Shown: positions 1-11,900 of the stretch, piece after piece
Layout: each line of letters begins with the position of its first letter
How positions within the stretch are numbered: position 1 is the first letter of the stretch
From: Cenococcum geophilum
Lineage: Eukaryota
NCBI GenBank assembly: GCA_050273025.1
Contig: CP158635.1
Location: forward strand, 4,030,001 to 4,094,000
Reading direction: 5' to 3'
DNA: 64,000 nt
Position numbers and translations under genes: made by a program
Notes under the pieces: generated by a model
Databases searched by the model: none
What the model saw: only the letters and a program-made list of their open reading frames with translations
Told to the model about the DNA's origin: nothing

Positions 1-3000
1 AGGCCCTTATTATTTTATTAACTAATACCTAGAGCTCTAAGAACTAGTTAGCTGGGGGTTCTTATATATAAACGAGAACAACCAAATCTATACTAAAATA
101 CGTTAGCGCCTAGGAAATCCACTCCCATATTTACCAAGCAGCTATTAAATTCAGTTCCTTAAAGACTAGCTAAGGTAGAATGCGAATATTAATCCCAATG
201 CGACGGCGACAGGTATCTAACTAAATACGTCCTTAGTAGAGCTTATAGAAAGCAATAGCGCTAAAAGTAAAAAAGAGCTCGGCGAGTCCTAGGAAGATAT
301 ATACTAAGTAGAGTCGGTATACGTTAATCTAATAGGAGCAGCAACCCAGTCGCAGCCTATAATACGGTCATACGATCTTAGAAAGCCAAGAGGAGACATT
401 AAGGTGATAAAACTATTTCTAAAACTAACTGGTTTGTAACCGGCAATAGTTTAAAATATACAACTAGGAGGATATGTCTAAATCGCACCACAACTACAGC
501 GGCAGGCCCCCTATTCACTAGTAAACAATAAGGAGACTAATAAAATAGACTATACTAAATAGCTAAGAAGAGAAGTAGAGTAAGGAATAGAAGCGACTAT
601 AACCGCTAAAGTACCGCAACTAAAGCCAGTTAGGATAATAGACATATTAAAAGGGAATGTCCTAAGCCCAACCGTAATAGCGAACAAGATCTTATTAAAA
701 ACTATTAAAGTTACTATTAGTAACTGCCTTGTGTATATACCTAAAGTTATAAGGTTATTCTTTAAGCCGCTCCTACTACCTTTTATAAAACCTTACCAAC
801 AAAAGCAAGAGGGCGTTAAGGCATCTATATTGTTGGCATACCTAACGTTTTATGCTAATTAAGCTAGCCTAATAACTATAGAGGTAGACCAAATTAAACG
901 GGAAGCAGGATTCACCTGGTTTTAATAATAATGTCTAAAGGTGGAAGCACAGATAGGAGACAAAAGGGTTAAGTGTTTAATTAACTCTAGAGCGGAGCTT
1001 AACCTTATTAAGGAAAGTGTAGCTCTATAATATAGCTTGCTGATATTAAGTCTGCCCCTATAGTTATAGGGCGTATATCTAATATTTACAAATAGGACTT
1101 AGTTTAAGTTTATTGGATTAGTATATATAGCCGCTATAGTTATAGGGGACGTCTTAATATCCACGACTTTTATTACTATGGGAGAAATGTTATATAAGGT
1201 AATACTTAGTAAGCCGTAGTTAGTAAGGGCTAGGCTAGCAACGCAGTAAACCGCAATAGGCTAGGTATCTTATATTATTTAATTAGAAGATAGCGGAGTT
1301 AAAATAAGGTTCTTAACATCCTATAAGGACGCAATATTCCTTAGACCAGATAAAGGAATTAGTATAGGCAGTAGTTTAGGAAACGTGTAACTAGTATAAC
1401 CGCTAGGATCGTATCTAGGGTTACTTATAACCCAGTATATTAGAATAAGGAGGACGCCGAGGACGGAGAGAAAGGAAATAAGGTGCGGCTTTAATAAGGA
1501 CGTTTACTATTCTAAATATCTACTAAACAGGGCAATCGACAGGAAGAAGAGCACAACGCTAGATAGAGAAATCTTAACAGCGAAACGTTAAAGGAAGTCC
1601 TAAAGAAGCACTTAGGAGGAAGGCAGAAGCCAGTATTTAAGGCGAAGGCTAGATCCCTTATATATCGAATGTCAAAGACGACGGATCTATTTATAATATA
1701 AATAGAAGGCTATAGGAGCAAGGCCTAATAGAAAGCTATAAGTATAGCAACTATATATAAACGAAAGGCAGAGAAGGTCCGCCTGGTTAATTCGTCAGCA
1801 CTAGACAGAACGGTTATAGGAGGAATAATAAAGTGGCGAGAAGTGGCCTTACGTTGGCAAAAGGCGTCCATTTAAGAGTTACCCCTTAGTCTATATAATC
1901 ATTTCCTTAAGCCGCAGTATACTAAGCTGGCCTATAGTACACGGCTAAAGCCAGAATAATTAGAGCGCGTAATTATAGGGGACCTCCAGCTAAGAGAATA
2001 AGAAATCTTAGAGGCTATATTATTTAACTAAGAAGAGGCTCTAGTATGGGAGTTCTTTAAGATAGGTCGTGTTAGCAGAGACGTAACTCTACTATTAAAG
2101 ATTAAGACTGTACTGTATAAAGCATAGCAAGTGCCGAACTTCCCTATACTAAGAGCCCTATAAAGGGAAGTAATAAATATGTTATAAGAACAACTGGCTT
2201 AAGGGACTCTAGAATATTGCGAAAGCCTATATAAAAATCTATGGTTTCTTATAAGCAAAAAGGAACACAAGAAGTACCAGCTAATTAATGTGGCGATAAA
2301 TATCAACTAAGTGACTATTAGGGACGCAAATCTACCGCTATATACTAATGAGTTTTCTAAAGAGTTTATAGGGTGTAAAGTTATATCTCTAGTGAACTTC
2401 TTCTCTAGATATAACTAATTGGAGCTAGATATAGAAAGCAGGAACCTAATAGCCTTTATAACACCTCTAGGACTTCTATAATAAATAACAGTACCTATAA
2501 AAGGAATAAATTCGGTAGCCTAGTTTATAAGGACAATTACTAAGATTCTAGAGCAACATATCCCACACTATGCCTTACCGTTTCTGGATAATATTATAGT
2601 AAAAGGACTATAGATAATGTATAATAGAGAAGAGAGCCTTTTAGGCATGCGCAGATATATTCTAGAACACATTATATAGCTAGACGGAGTACTTATAGAT
2701 TTAGAACAAGCTAGGTATATAATCTTAGGCGTAAAGTCTTATTTCTATAAGGACGAGATTATAGTAGTTAGTTACCGCTGTAATAGAAAGGGGCGATATT
2801 TAGAAGAATTAAAAGTCGTAAAGATTATTTACTAAAGAGATTATAAAGACGTTATATCTGCCTAAGCCTTTATAGGAGTTGTCGTATATTACCAAATATA
2901 GGTAGAAGACTTCGCAATAAAGGTAGAGCCAATCTTCTAACTACTATAAGTAAACGTTCCGTTTGTATAGGGTATAGAGTAGATAACTGCTATAAAGACT

Positions 3001-5420
3001 CTAAAGTATACAATTACTACTATACCCGCGTTAGTTCAACTGGATTATAGTAAGGGGGCTAGGCTAATTATTCTCGCCGTTAACGGATATAAGAATGGGT
3101 GGGGATACAGTCTTATACAACTGGACGTATAAGGTTATCGCCACCTATATTAATATAAGAGCGGTATCTAGTCTTAAGCGGAATAGAAGTATAATTTAGG
3201 AAAGCTTAAATATTAGGCATTGCTATATACATTAAAGAAGTATTAAGTATACCTATACGGCGTCCGCTTTACGGTTAAAACGGATATAAATACCTTAGTT
3301 ACGCAACTAAATTATACTGCCACCGATTTACTAGGAGCCTTAATAATATAATAGCTAGCATAGATTTAGTTATAGGACTTTAATATTAGGCATATTCTAA
3401 GGAAGAAAAATAGCCTAGCTAATAGACTATTATAACGACCACTAGATAGCGAATAACCTAATAAGCTAACTAAAGATATTAAAGAGTTTATTAACTGCGA
3501 ACTAAGTGCTTTAGAATATACGGCTAGCCCAGTTAAAATAGAGGTAAATCTGCTACTAGAAGACTTATATTCTGGGGAGTTTTAAAAGATTATAAAATGG
3601 CTAGTAACCTTACGACGTCTAGAAGAAATAAATACTAAAGAATTTAAAAAGTTTAAACGACATATACTGAAATTCCTAGTGCGCAATTAACAGCTCTTCC
3701 GCTAATAGTCAAAAAATATACTAATACAAAGGGTAGTTAATAATAAGGACGCTTAGTAAAAGATTATTAAAAGCCTTTATAATCAAAGCGGATATCGCGG
3801 ACAAGAAGGAATATATTAGAGGATTTTAAATTAATATTAGTAGCTAGGGCTATAGAATCAGATATTGTGGTATATTAAGTTATATCTATAATGCTAGGAG
3901 CAACAGCTAGAATAGGAAGAAGAAGCGATATACTTTACGTAGGAGTCTACCTTATAGCAATAAGTAGTAGTAAACATTACGTTTATGCCTCTAAGCCGTC
4001 TTGGATTCCAGTACCTGGCTATTACTTAAGAATATATATCTAAATAGGTAGAAGCTTGGGCCCTTTAAAATAAGGATATAAAAAGTATAGCGAAGTTCCT
4101 TTATAAAGATGTCATTTGCCGATAGGGAGTATTTAAACAGCTCTCTGTAGATAGTAGAGAAGAGAATACTAACGTTACCGCTACGCTTGTAGAGCTCTAT
4201 AATATTAAAAGGGTTATAGCTTCCGCTTATTATACTTAGGCGTAAGGCTTTATAGAGTAAGGCTATAAACCTATAATAGACGCTTTAGCGAAGATAGATA
4301 GCTTATGGCTAGACAATCTTTATACCGTTTTATAGGCAGATAGGATAACTATTAAGCGGCTTATGGAAATAACACCGGTAAGAGTTATATACGGATATAA
4401 GTATATCCTTCCTATTAAACTCTATATACCTATTTAGTAGACGCTGCCTTAGTAAATAGTCCGGACCACTATAGAGCTACTAGTACTTTGTGTAAAGCAG
4501 TTTAACTAAAGAGACGTAGATATAAAAGAGGCTATCGCGCGTATAAGACAACTAAGGGTAGTAAATAAGGAGTACTTTAATAACACCTACCGCATTTACT
4601 AAGACGGATTTAAGGTTAGAGATATAGTTATACTTTATAATATGTAGCTTAAGTAAGACTATTCTAGTAGTTGTAAGTTAGATCTAAAATGGCTAGGCCC
4701 GTTCCGCGTATATAAGAGTTACCCTTATAAAGGATGGTACTTAATTAAGGATCTTAACGGCACGCCATTTTGTAATTAAACTCTAGGGAATAGATTAAAG
4801 AAGTTCTATTAACAATAAATGTCTAAGGTCCGCTAAAAAGACTAGCTTAACTAGTTAGGCGGAACTATGCTATAAGAAATAACAGCAGAGCTAGAACCTA
4901 AGGAGGATACTATATAAAATCCACTAGTATCACAACGCCGTATAGTTTAAGAAGTGCGCGTTTTAGAAAGATCGTTTAACAGAACTAAGTATAAAACATT
5001 TAACTAGGGGACAGTTAAGTTCTAAGGTAGGAAAGGGGATATAGATAACAGCCGTATAATCCATCTATTTATTTACCGTATTTCCTAAAGCTCTTTCTAT
5101 TACGCTTTCTTATTTACTTTTTAGTTAGGAATTTAATGCGTAGTAATAGTAAGGTAAGGATAGAAGAATATTTGCGTATAACCATCTAGTATTATTTACT
5201 GTAAAGATATTAGTTCCGCTTACCGCCTTTACTAAACTAATAGCAATTTTCCATCCCGGGGATAGAAAATCATAATTGGTCCATTTAACGATTAGAGCCG
5301 GCAGAACTTTATACCGCCACTTAGATTTAGTAGACTATTTAGATTAGAAAGCCCTATTTAAAACTTTACCTTTTTACCCTTAATAAACCTTAAACACAGC
5401 CGTAATTAGTTAAAGTTACA
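1..5420 (+). mobile_element. RIP-degenerated Gypsy/Ty3 LTR retrotransposon A (5' part outside window): gag-protease, RT, RNase H, integrase, PPT, 3' LTR
   Basis: De-RIPed translation gives protease LI(D)S(G)AELNLI at 977-1009, RT FLD(D)II at 2581, RNase H ILAV(D)G near 3070 and integrase at ~3780-4450. Purine tract AAGGTAGGAAAGGGGA lies immediately before the LTR. Many TAA/TAG stops derive from C->T/G->A changes. Confidence 0.92.
5040..5420 (+). repeat. 3' LTR of Gypsy element A
   Basis: Starts TA (RIPed TG) directly after the polypurine tract and ends ...GTTACA at 5420. Confidence 0.7.
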
Positions 5421-5452
5421 AATTAAATAGAATTAACAACAGTATATTTATA

Positions 5453-8074
5453 ATATCTTTATCTAGTAGACCTCTGGTACTATATAAAGGAGCTAAGTAA
5501 TAGATTAGTGACGTCCTTGCAGAAGTCAGAGGCTTCGTAGTTAATTAGTGTTAGGTAGTACTCCTCCAAATCTATAACGAGATTCTGCTCTCTTAAGAAA
5601 ACTACGCAGATACTACTAGTATGGTAGTTAATTTTATTAACTAGGATAACGGGCTATAAGCGTCTCTAGGAAGGGACGCGTTCTTATTAATCTTTAAAAA
5701 CATCTCTAACGTTAGTAAGATGGCAAAAGATTAAAGAAATTAGTGTAATAAAGCTAGAGAAACCATCTAAAAGTCCTAGGGATAAGGTGTTCTTAACGGT
5801 CCACTTAAATATGTGGTTTCCTATTACTTCCTTTCTACCGCCTAAAAGCTTACCGTCTACCCACTTTATAAAGTAATGGCATAAGTTAATGAGGCCCTAA
5901 TTAACAGGCTCAAATATCTAGGACGCGGCATTAAGAACACCACTTAACTACAGCCGACCGATTTCGCGCTCGCGCTAAAGATGCTAGGAAGGGCAGTATT
6001 AGACTAGGTAGTAAATAAGCATGGCTTAGAAAGACACTTAACTAACTTCCTTGTTTTAAATAAGGACCTGCCGCTAAAAAGTAGGAGACTAACTACTATG
6101 GGGCTAAAGGTTATTAATATTGGAATTAGATAAATAGGAGAGAGCTTAGCTCTTATACTGCAAATATATTTACGATATGCTTCTAATATAATAAATCCCT
6201 TAGCCTTTCAGCCATCAACACCTGTTTAAAAAGGAGGCATTAGTATTATACTAAGTCCGTTCTAATAAGGGTCACCTATATTAGTTAACTTACCTTTATT
6301 ATCTATAAACGAGAGTATTCTCGCAGCTAGAACGCCTATTGGCTTACCCTTGCGGCTATTAGTATCTTTATTAAAAAGGAATCTAAGAAGAGGGCTAACG
6401 ATTGCTTACCTAGAAGTAGGAGGGCTAGGAGTAGAATCAATATTTAATAAAAACGTTATTAAGCCGGGAGATAATAAGGAGTATATTAAGGAGGCCGTAG
6501 ATGCTATAGCGATACTCCGCGCAAAACGAGGGTATAACTGTAAGGATAATGTGCCTACTTATCTTAAGGCGTCCCTAAACTAAACTACTAAAATTAAACC
6601 AACTAAGGTTATAAAGCTCTTGCGTAGTTAGTATAGGGCAGCTAGTTCTAATCTAAAGATATATAAGGTCTGCTAAATGCATATATAAGCTATAGGAGAA
6701 CGTATGGGTTTAGCGATAAAGGATCTAAACTACGCCGTACTGTGTTATAGACTCCATTTAATATATCACGCTTATAACTACCTCGGCACTATAAAGACCG
6801 ACCCTACTATATACTCTTAGTTTAGAAAGGCTTATAGACCTTTAGTTTTATCTAATTCCTTAGGACTATATAAGTTCATTTATAACTTAGCGCCAAGGTT
6901 TTTATATAATAGAGAGGCTTTGCTTAATTAGATAATGTTACTAAAAGACTAAGAAGTATAGTAGCGAGAAGGATCTGTAATTTTAAACGTGTTTAGATAG
7001 TAGTGGGATTCTAGTATCTTAGTAATAATTAATAAGGAAATGCGTATATACCGCTACTATTAGCGTCTAATTAATAGGCGGCTAAATTACGGCTGGTTAA
7101 GAATAATGGTCTATAGTTTCTACTAATAGCTAATAAGACAAGACCCTTAGTATTATTGTCTCTATTGCGCCCTTAGACCTAACAGCTAATGGCGACTTAT
7201 CTCCTACCCTTATTATATAAAATTCGCAGTTAAAGGAGACTCTACAGCTTTCCGCCATATTAATGTTAATATTCCCTCGCTCCTTAAAAGTAGACGCGGT
7301 GCTAACATAATCTAAAGGAGCGTTTCTCTAGATAATAAGACTAAGGATAACTGTACGATTATTCTACCTAGTATGCATTACCACCTAGAATTATAGTATG
7401 AGGATCTTAAGGCGCGAGGATCGATTAAGGGCGATGGATTTGTTTATAAGATCTCTAACTAAGACTAGACTATTAAAGATGTAGAAAAGTATGCGACCGA
7501 CTAGGTAGCTTAGCTATATGAGAAAGGAGATATGTGTATAACTATGCCTTACCTTCCTTATAAAGTAAAAGGACCTTTAACTAGAACCTAGCGAACAATA
7601 CTACTATAGTTTATTAGTATTTAGGATGATTATAATAACCTTAAGGTTACTAAAGGAGGTACTTAGGTAGAGTTGGCAGATGCGTACTAAGACTTAAAAG
7701 CGCCGCCCCATACGCCGTCTAGATATACCAATCTCTATAGTATAATTCCATATTGCTTCCCTATAGCAGTTAAGCTTATAGCTGCCAGCGCTCTATTTAA
7801 CGCCCTTCTCGGTAAACGACAATAGGATTCTTTAGCGGTAGTTTAAGATTGTAACCTTCTTCTTAATAGCAACGGGAACGAAGTTAGGAAATGGATGCAT
7901 TCCTACCGTCTTAGGGCCGTTAAGAATTATAAAGATGCGTTTAAGCTAATATATACGACTAAGATGGAACGCTTTAATAGCCGCTCTTACTTCTACTGCA
8001 TCGATAATAGAATCAATCCTTTAGCTATTACGGTAGATCTAAGTAGAGTGCCCCTGGTTGTTATAGAAGGATAA
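5453..8074 (+). pseudogene. RIP-inactivated ~874-codon ORF: N-terminal helical region, Cys/His motif, C-terminal PhyH-like 2OG-Fe(II) dioxygenase domain
   Basis: One reading frame is kept at 5522, 6350, 7205 and 8072. De-RIPed text reads ...NYGWLR..QQLMRQDP.YY.LYCALRPD..WRLISYPYY..FRHI(D)VNIP...IQGSVSLD(DE)..DNCTIILP(G)MH...(PC)EKGD....P(H)LP(HGA)KGP...(R)RT. HxD at 7256-7264, distal His at 7559, Arg at 7589-7594. Confidence 0.75.
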
Positions 8075-8536
8075 AGTTATATAAAGTTGCCTAAAGAATT
8101 ATGGGATAGAACTAAGTAAATAGAAGGGTGCGAAAGAGCTATATTATCTAAGAGCCGCCAGTCTGAAGTCTCTCTTGCTGCTTAGCTAAGTAGACGAGAA
8201 CGGTCTTATTTAACCAGAACGGAGTCTCCTCGTTCGCCATCTTAGGTTTGTAGTAAGAGTAAAAAGCGCATATAATTACCTGCCGCGCCTTCATTTCGAA
8301 GATAAGAAGTTTTAGAGTTTCGGAAGTTATTAAGGGATAACGACTTAGGTAGGGGAGGTATATAGTAGTGTGATTTGGCCTCTAGATTTAACATCTAGAT
8401 TAAGCATAGCTTTAGGAGAGCCTAGGCCTTACATAAGTTATATAGATTAGTCTAAAGCCCTTAAAGTCTTTAACAACTCGGACAGGCACAATAGACATAC
8501 AATATACTCTTTTCTTTCTTTTTTACTGCCTGTTCT

Positions 8537-8597
8537 ACTAACTAATTATAACCAACCAACCAACTAACCAACTGACTGACAGACAGATAGACAGCAC
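8537..8597. repeat. Compound tetranucleotide microsatellite (ACCA/ACTG/ACAG)
   Basis: accaaccaaccaactaaccaactgactgacagacagatagacag read directly. Confidence 0.85.
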
Positions 8598-8943
8598 TGT
8601 CACTTTCCTATCTTAGAGAGGTCGTACCCTCCCATAATAGTAACTAAGGTTATATAATATAATCTATATAATTTATAGAATCTATATAATCCGTAATAGA
8701 GTAAATAGAGCACATATATATTATATATAAGAAAGATTTTATAGGAGTACGGTTATATATTTAAGGACCCTTAGTCCCTACCTAGATAGTTCCTTCCTTA
8801 TAATAATTCTTAGAATATAATTAGAGTTAATTTATTAGGCAACTACTCTACTAGTTATTATTACGTTATTAACTTTAATTTACTTTACCTATATACCTAG
8901 CCTAATAACGAGCCTATCGTAGTACTTACTAGGTTTTGTTACA
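8598..8943. mobile_element. Orphan LTR (E) without matching TSD
   Basis: Termini TGTCAC...GTTACA. The right end cuts the minus-strand integrase of element B mid-frame. Flanks AGCAC and CCTAC differ. Confidence 0.6.
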
Positions 8944-11900
8944 CCTACTCTAAAATACTTATCCTAGTGCTTATGGTTATACTAAAGTCTCTATTACTCT
9001 TAGGCATCTTATAGGCTCTACTTTATATACTTTTATTACTCCTCCTATTCCTAAAGGTATTCTTATACTCTTTAGTAGATATCCTTAAACTTCCTAGTAG
9101 GATTCTATAACTAATTATGCGGCCTTAGCCAGTAATTATTAGGTATACTATTAAACCTAAATAGTCGGACGCTATAGGCAATCTAGATTAGTGCATACTT
9201 ATACGATATATATTACTTTAAATTATAAGCGTACTCCGCGTACGGAAGTAGCTTATACTAGTTGTCTTACTAATAGTTTAAATATATCCGTAGGTAAGAC
9301 TCCAGTTCCTAGTTCTGGCGTTCTATTTACCTATTTATCTTTAGGTAAAAAGCCATACTATAACGGTGGTCTATCTTTAAATGGAAGTATAGATCTGACT
9401 AGTACTAACTTATAAAAACACTGCCCCTATTAGTAATAATAGAGTGCGGCTAATCTACTTTAAGAAAGCATTTCTTCTTAATTAGGTTGGCGAGCTCTTA
9501 TATATTAATCGTCTTATTAACAGAAAGGTATTAGACGTACTTTAAAAACCTATTAATAAGTATAAGGACCGAATTATATATTCATCCTTAGCTATCTTTA
9601 AATAGCGGGAGATCCGTAATAAAGTTTATAGTGTAATATCGTTATAGCTTACTAGCGGGGTGAACTAATTTAAGTAGACCCTATGGCTTATGCCTATAGA
9701 TCTTATATACTTAACACTTCTCGCAATAGCTAATATACTCCTTTACTTCCTAATTAAGCCTTAGCCAATATTATTTATATTAAAGTAATTCTACTATTTT
9801 TGCTTAACTATAGTGGCCGCCTAAAGAATTATCGTAATTCTTTATAAGAATCTTCTGTTGTAGATTTACTTCTTATAGCACCTAAACCTTACTATCTTTA
9901 TATAGTAGGCCCATCGGGTTTAGTTCCTAATAGTAGCGCCTAGCAGCTTCCTTTCTATTACGTTTCCGGTCTACTTTTATATTAAGAATAGTATAGAAAG
10001 CGTCCCTTTATTATACCTTACGGATAAGGTCTATTAACCTGTTAAATAGTTCCTAGGTAAAAGCTGTTTTATTCTATACTACTCCAAATATAAAACTAGA
10101 TAGTACTATAGATCTTATAACTCTTTAATATGCGTATATTAGGAAGGCCGCTATAAGGTTAAAGTCCTTTAGTTATTATAGGGCTCCGAGTTCCAATTGC
10201 TCTATAGCTTCGCTATTAGTTTAAGGGGATAGCTTAACAATTAGGGATAGTATATTACCAGGTTCCGAGAATATATTAGGGACGTCCTATTTAAGTATAT
10301 TTAGACCCTTATTAGTAACGGACCGGGTACTAGCTAGAACGTTAGTAAAAACTAATAGGGCTTATACTGCCTAAAACTCGGTATATAGAGCTGTGGGTAC
10401 TTAAGCATTCTATACCTAGAGCTTATTCTATAATATAGGGAGTAAGATATCTATTATCTATTTTCCTTCTCCCGTTTTAAAGCCTTTAGTATAGTCTAGC
10501 CGTTATAACAGTCTATTAGTAAGGTTGTTTTCCCTTAGCTTATATTTAATCTTAAAATTAAACTATATAAGCTCCTCTGCCTATCTAGCTTATTAAAGTA
10601 TAAGCTCCTTTATAGTTAAAAAGTAGCGTAAATTATAATAATCTAAGAGTATATAAGTGGTATAGCTCGCGTGCTTAAGGTAGTGTTGCTACTATTTAAA
10701 GCAGTTAACTATAGCTAGCAGTTCCTTATTATGGGTATAATACCTAACTTTAGGTCCCTAGGATTTTCTATTATAAAATATTACTAGTCTCTAATAGAGC
10801 TAAGTAGCGTCCGGATACCTATTAGGTTGCAGTAAGATACTAATAAGGGCAAAATTTAATATATTAGTAATTATTATTAATGGCTAATTTAGGTTAAAAT
10901 GCCGTAGTAATAAAGCTTCTATAAACTTTATATAAAGTTTCTAAAAGGCCTCCTAAACCTTTCTAGGCTATAACCATAGCTTATACTATTTAGTTAGTCC
11001 CTTTTTAGTTTTCTTCCTTACTACCTTTAAGCTTTTTACTCCTTAGGTTAAGTCTTAGGAAGCTTCTATAATATAATTAAATAGGTATTAGGTAATATCT
11101 AAGTAGTTATAAATAAAACGCCTATAGAAATTGGTAAAGCCTAGAAATACTTAAATATCCTAGTAGCTCTCTAACTCTAGCTACTCCTAGATTATCTACA
11201 CTTATACTAGGTCTATAATTATACTTATAGGCGTTATAATATAACCTAAAAACTTAACCTACTTAGTATTAAAGATATACTTTAATACCTTAGCATAGAG
11301 GCCCTAATTATCCAAACATTCCAGCACTTCGCGGATATATTACTCGTATTAATCCTCGTCTTTTAAGTAAATTAAGATATTATCTAAATAGATAATATAT
11401 ATGCGGTTAACTAGCCCCCCTAAGGCTCTGTAAATATATAATTAGAATATTATAGGCGTATTAGCTAGCCTAAAAGGCATCACTAAATACTTAAAGTGGC
11501 CGTATTAGGTCTTAAAAGCGGTCTTTTACTTATCCCCTTCTTTAATACGGAGCCTATAATAGGCGTCTTATAGATTTAACTTCGTAAAGATCTTCGCCCT
11601 AAATAGTTAATCCAGCATTTTACTAACCAGTAGTAGTAGGTAACGGTTCTTAATTGTAATCTTATTAAGGCCGCGATAGTTTATATATAGCCTTATAGTT
11701 CTATCTAGTTTTAGGATAAAAAAAATTAGCGCGCCTAACGGCGACTTACTAGGCTAGATCTATCCCTTTTCTAGTAAGCCATTAAAGTACTCCCGTAGGA
11801 TCTTAAGCTCTTTATATAAAAGGTTATAAATAGGAAGGTTTGGCGGTTACTTACCTTCTTTTAAATTAATTATATAATTATACTCCAAGTTCTATAGTAG

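Noticed and set aside
6350..6583. 77-aa ORF as a stand-alone gene
   Set aside because: It is a stop-free stretch in the same frame as the RIP-destroyed 5453-8074 ORF.
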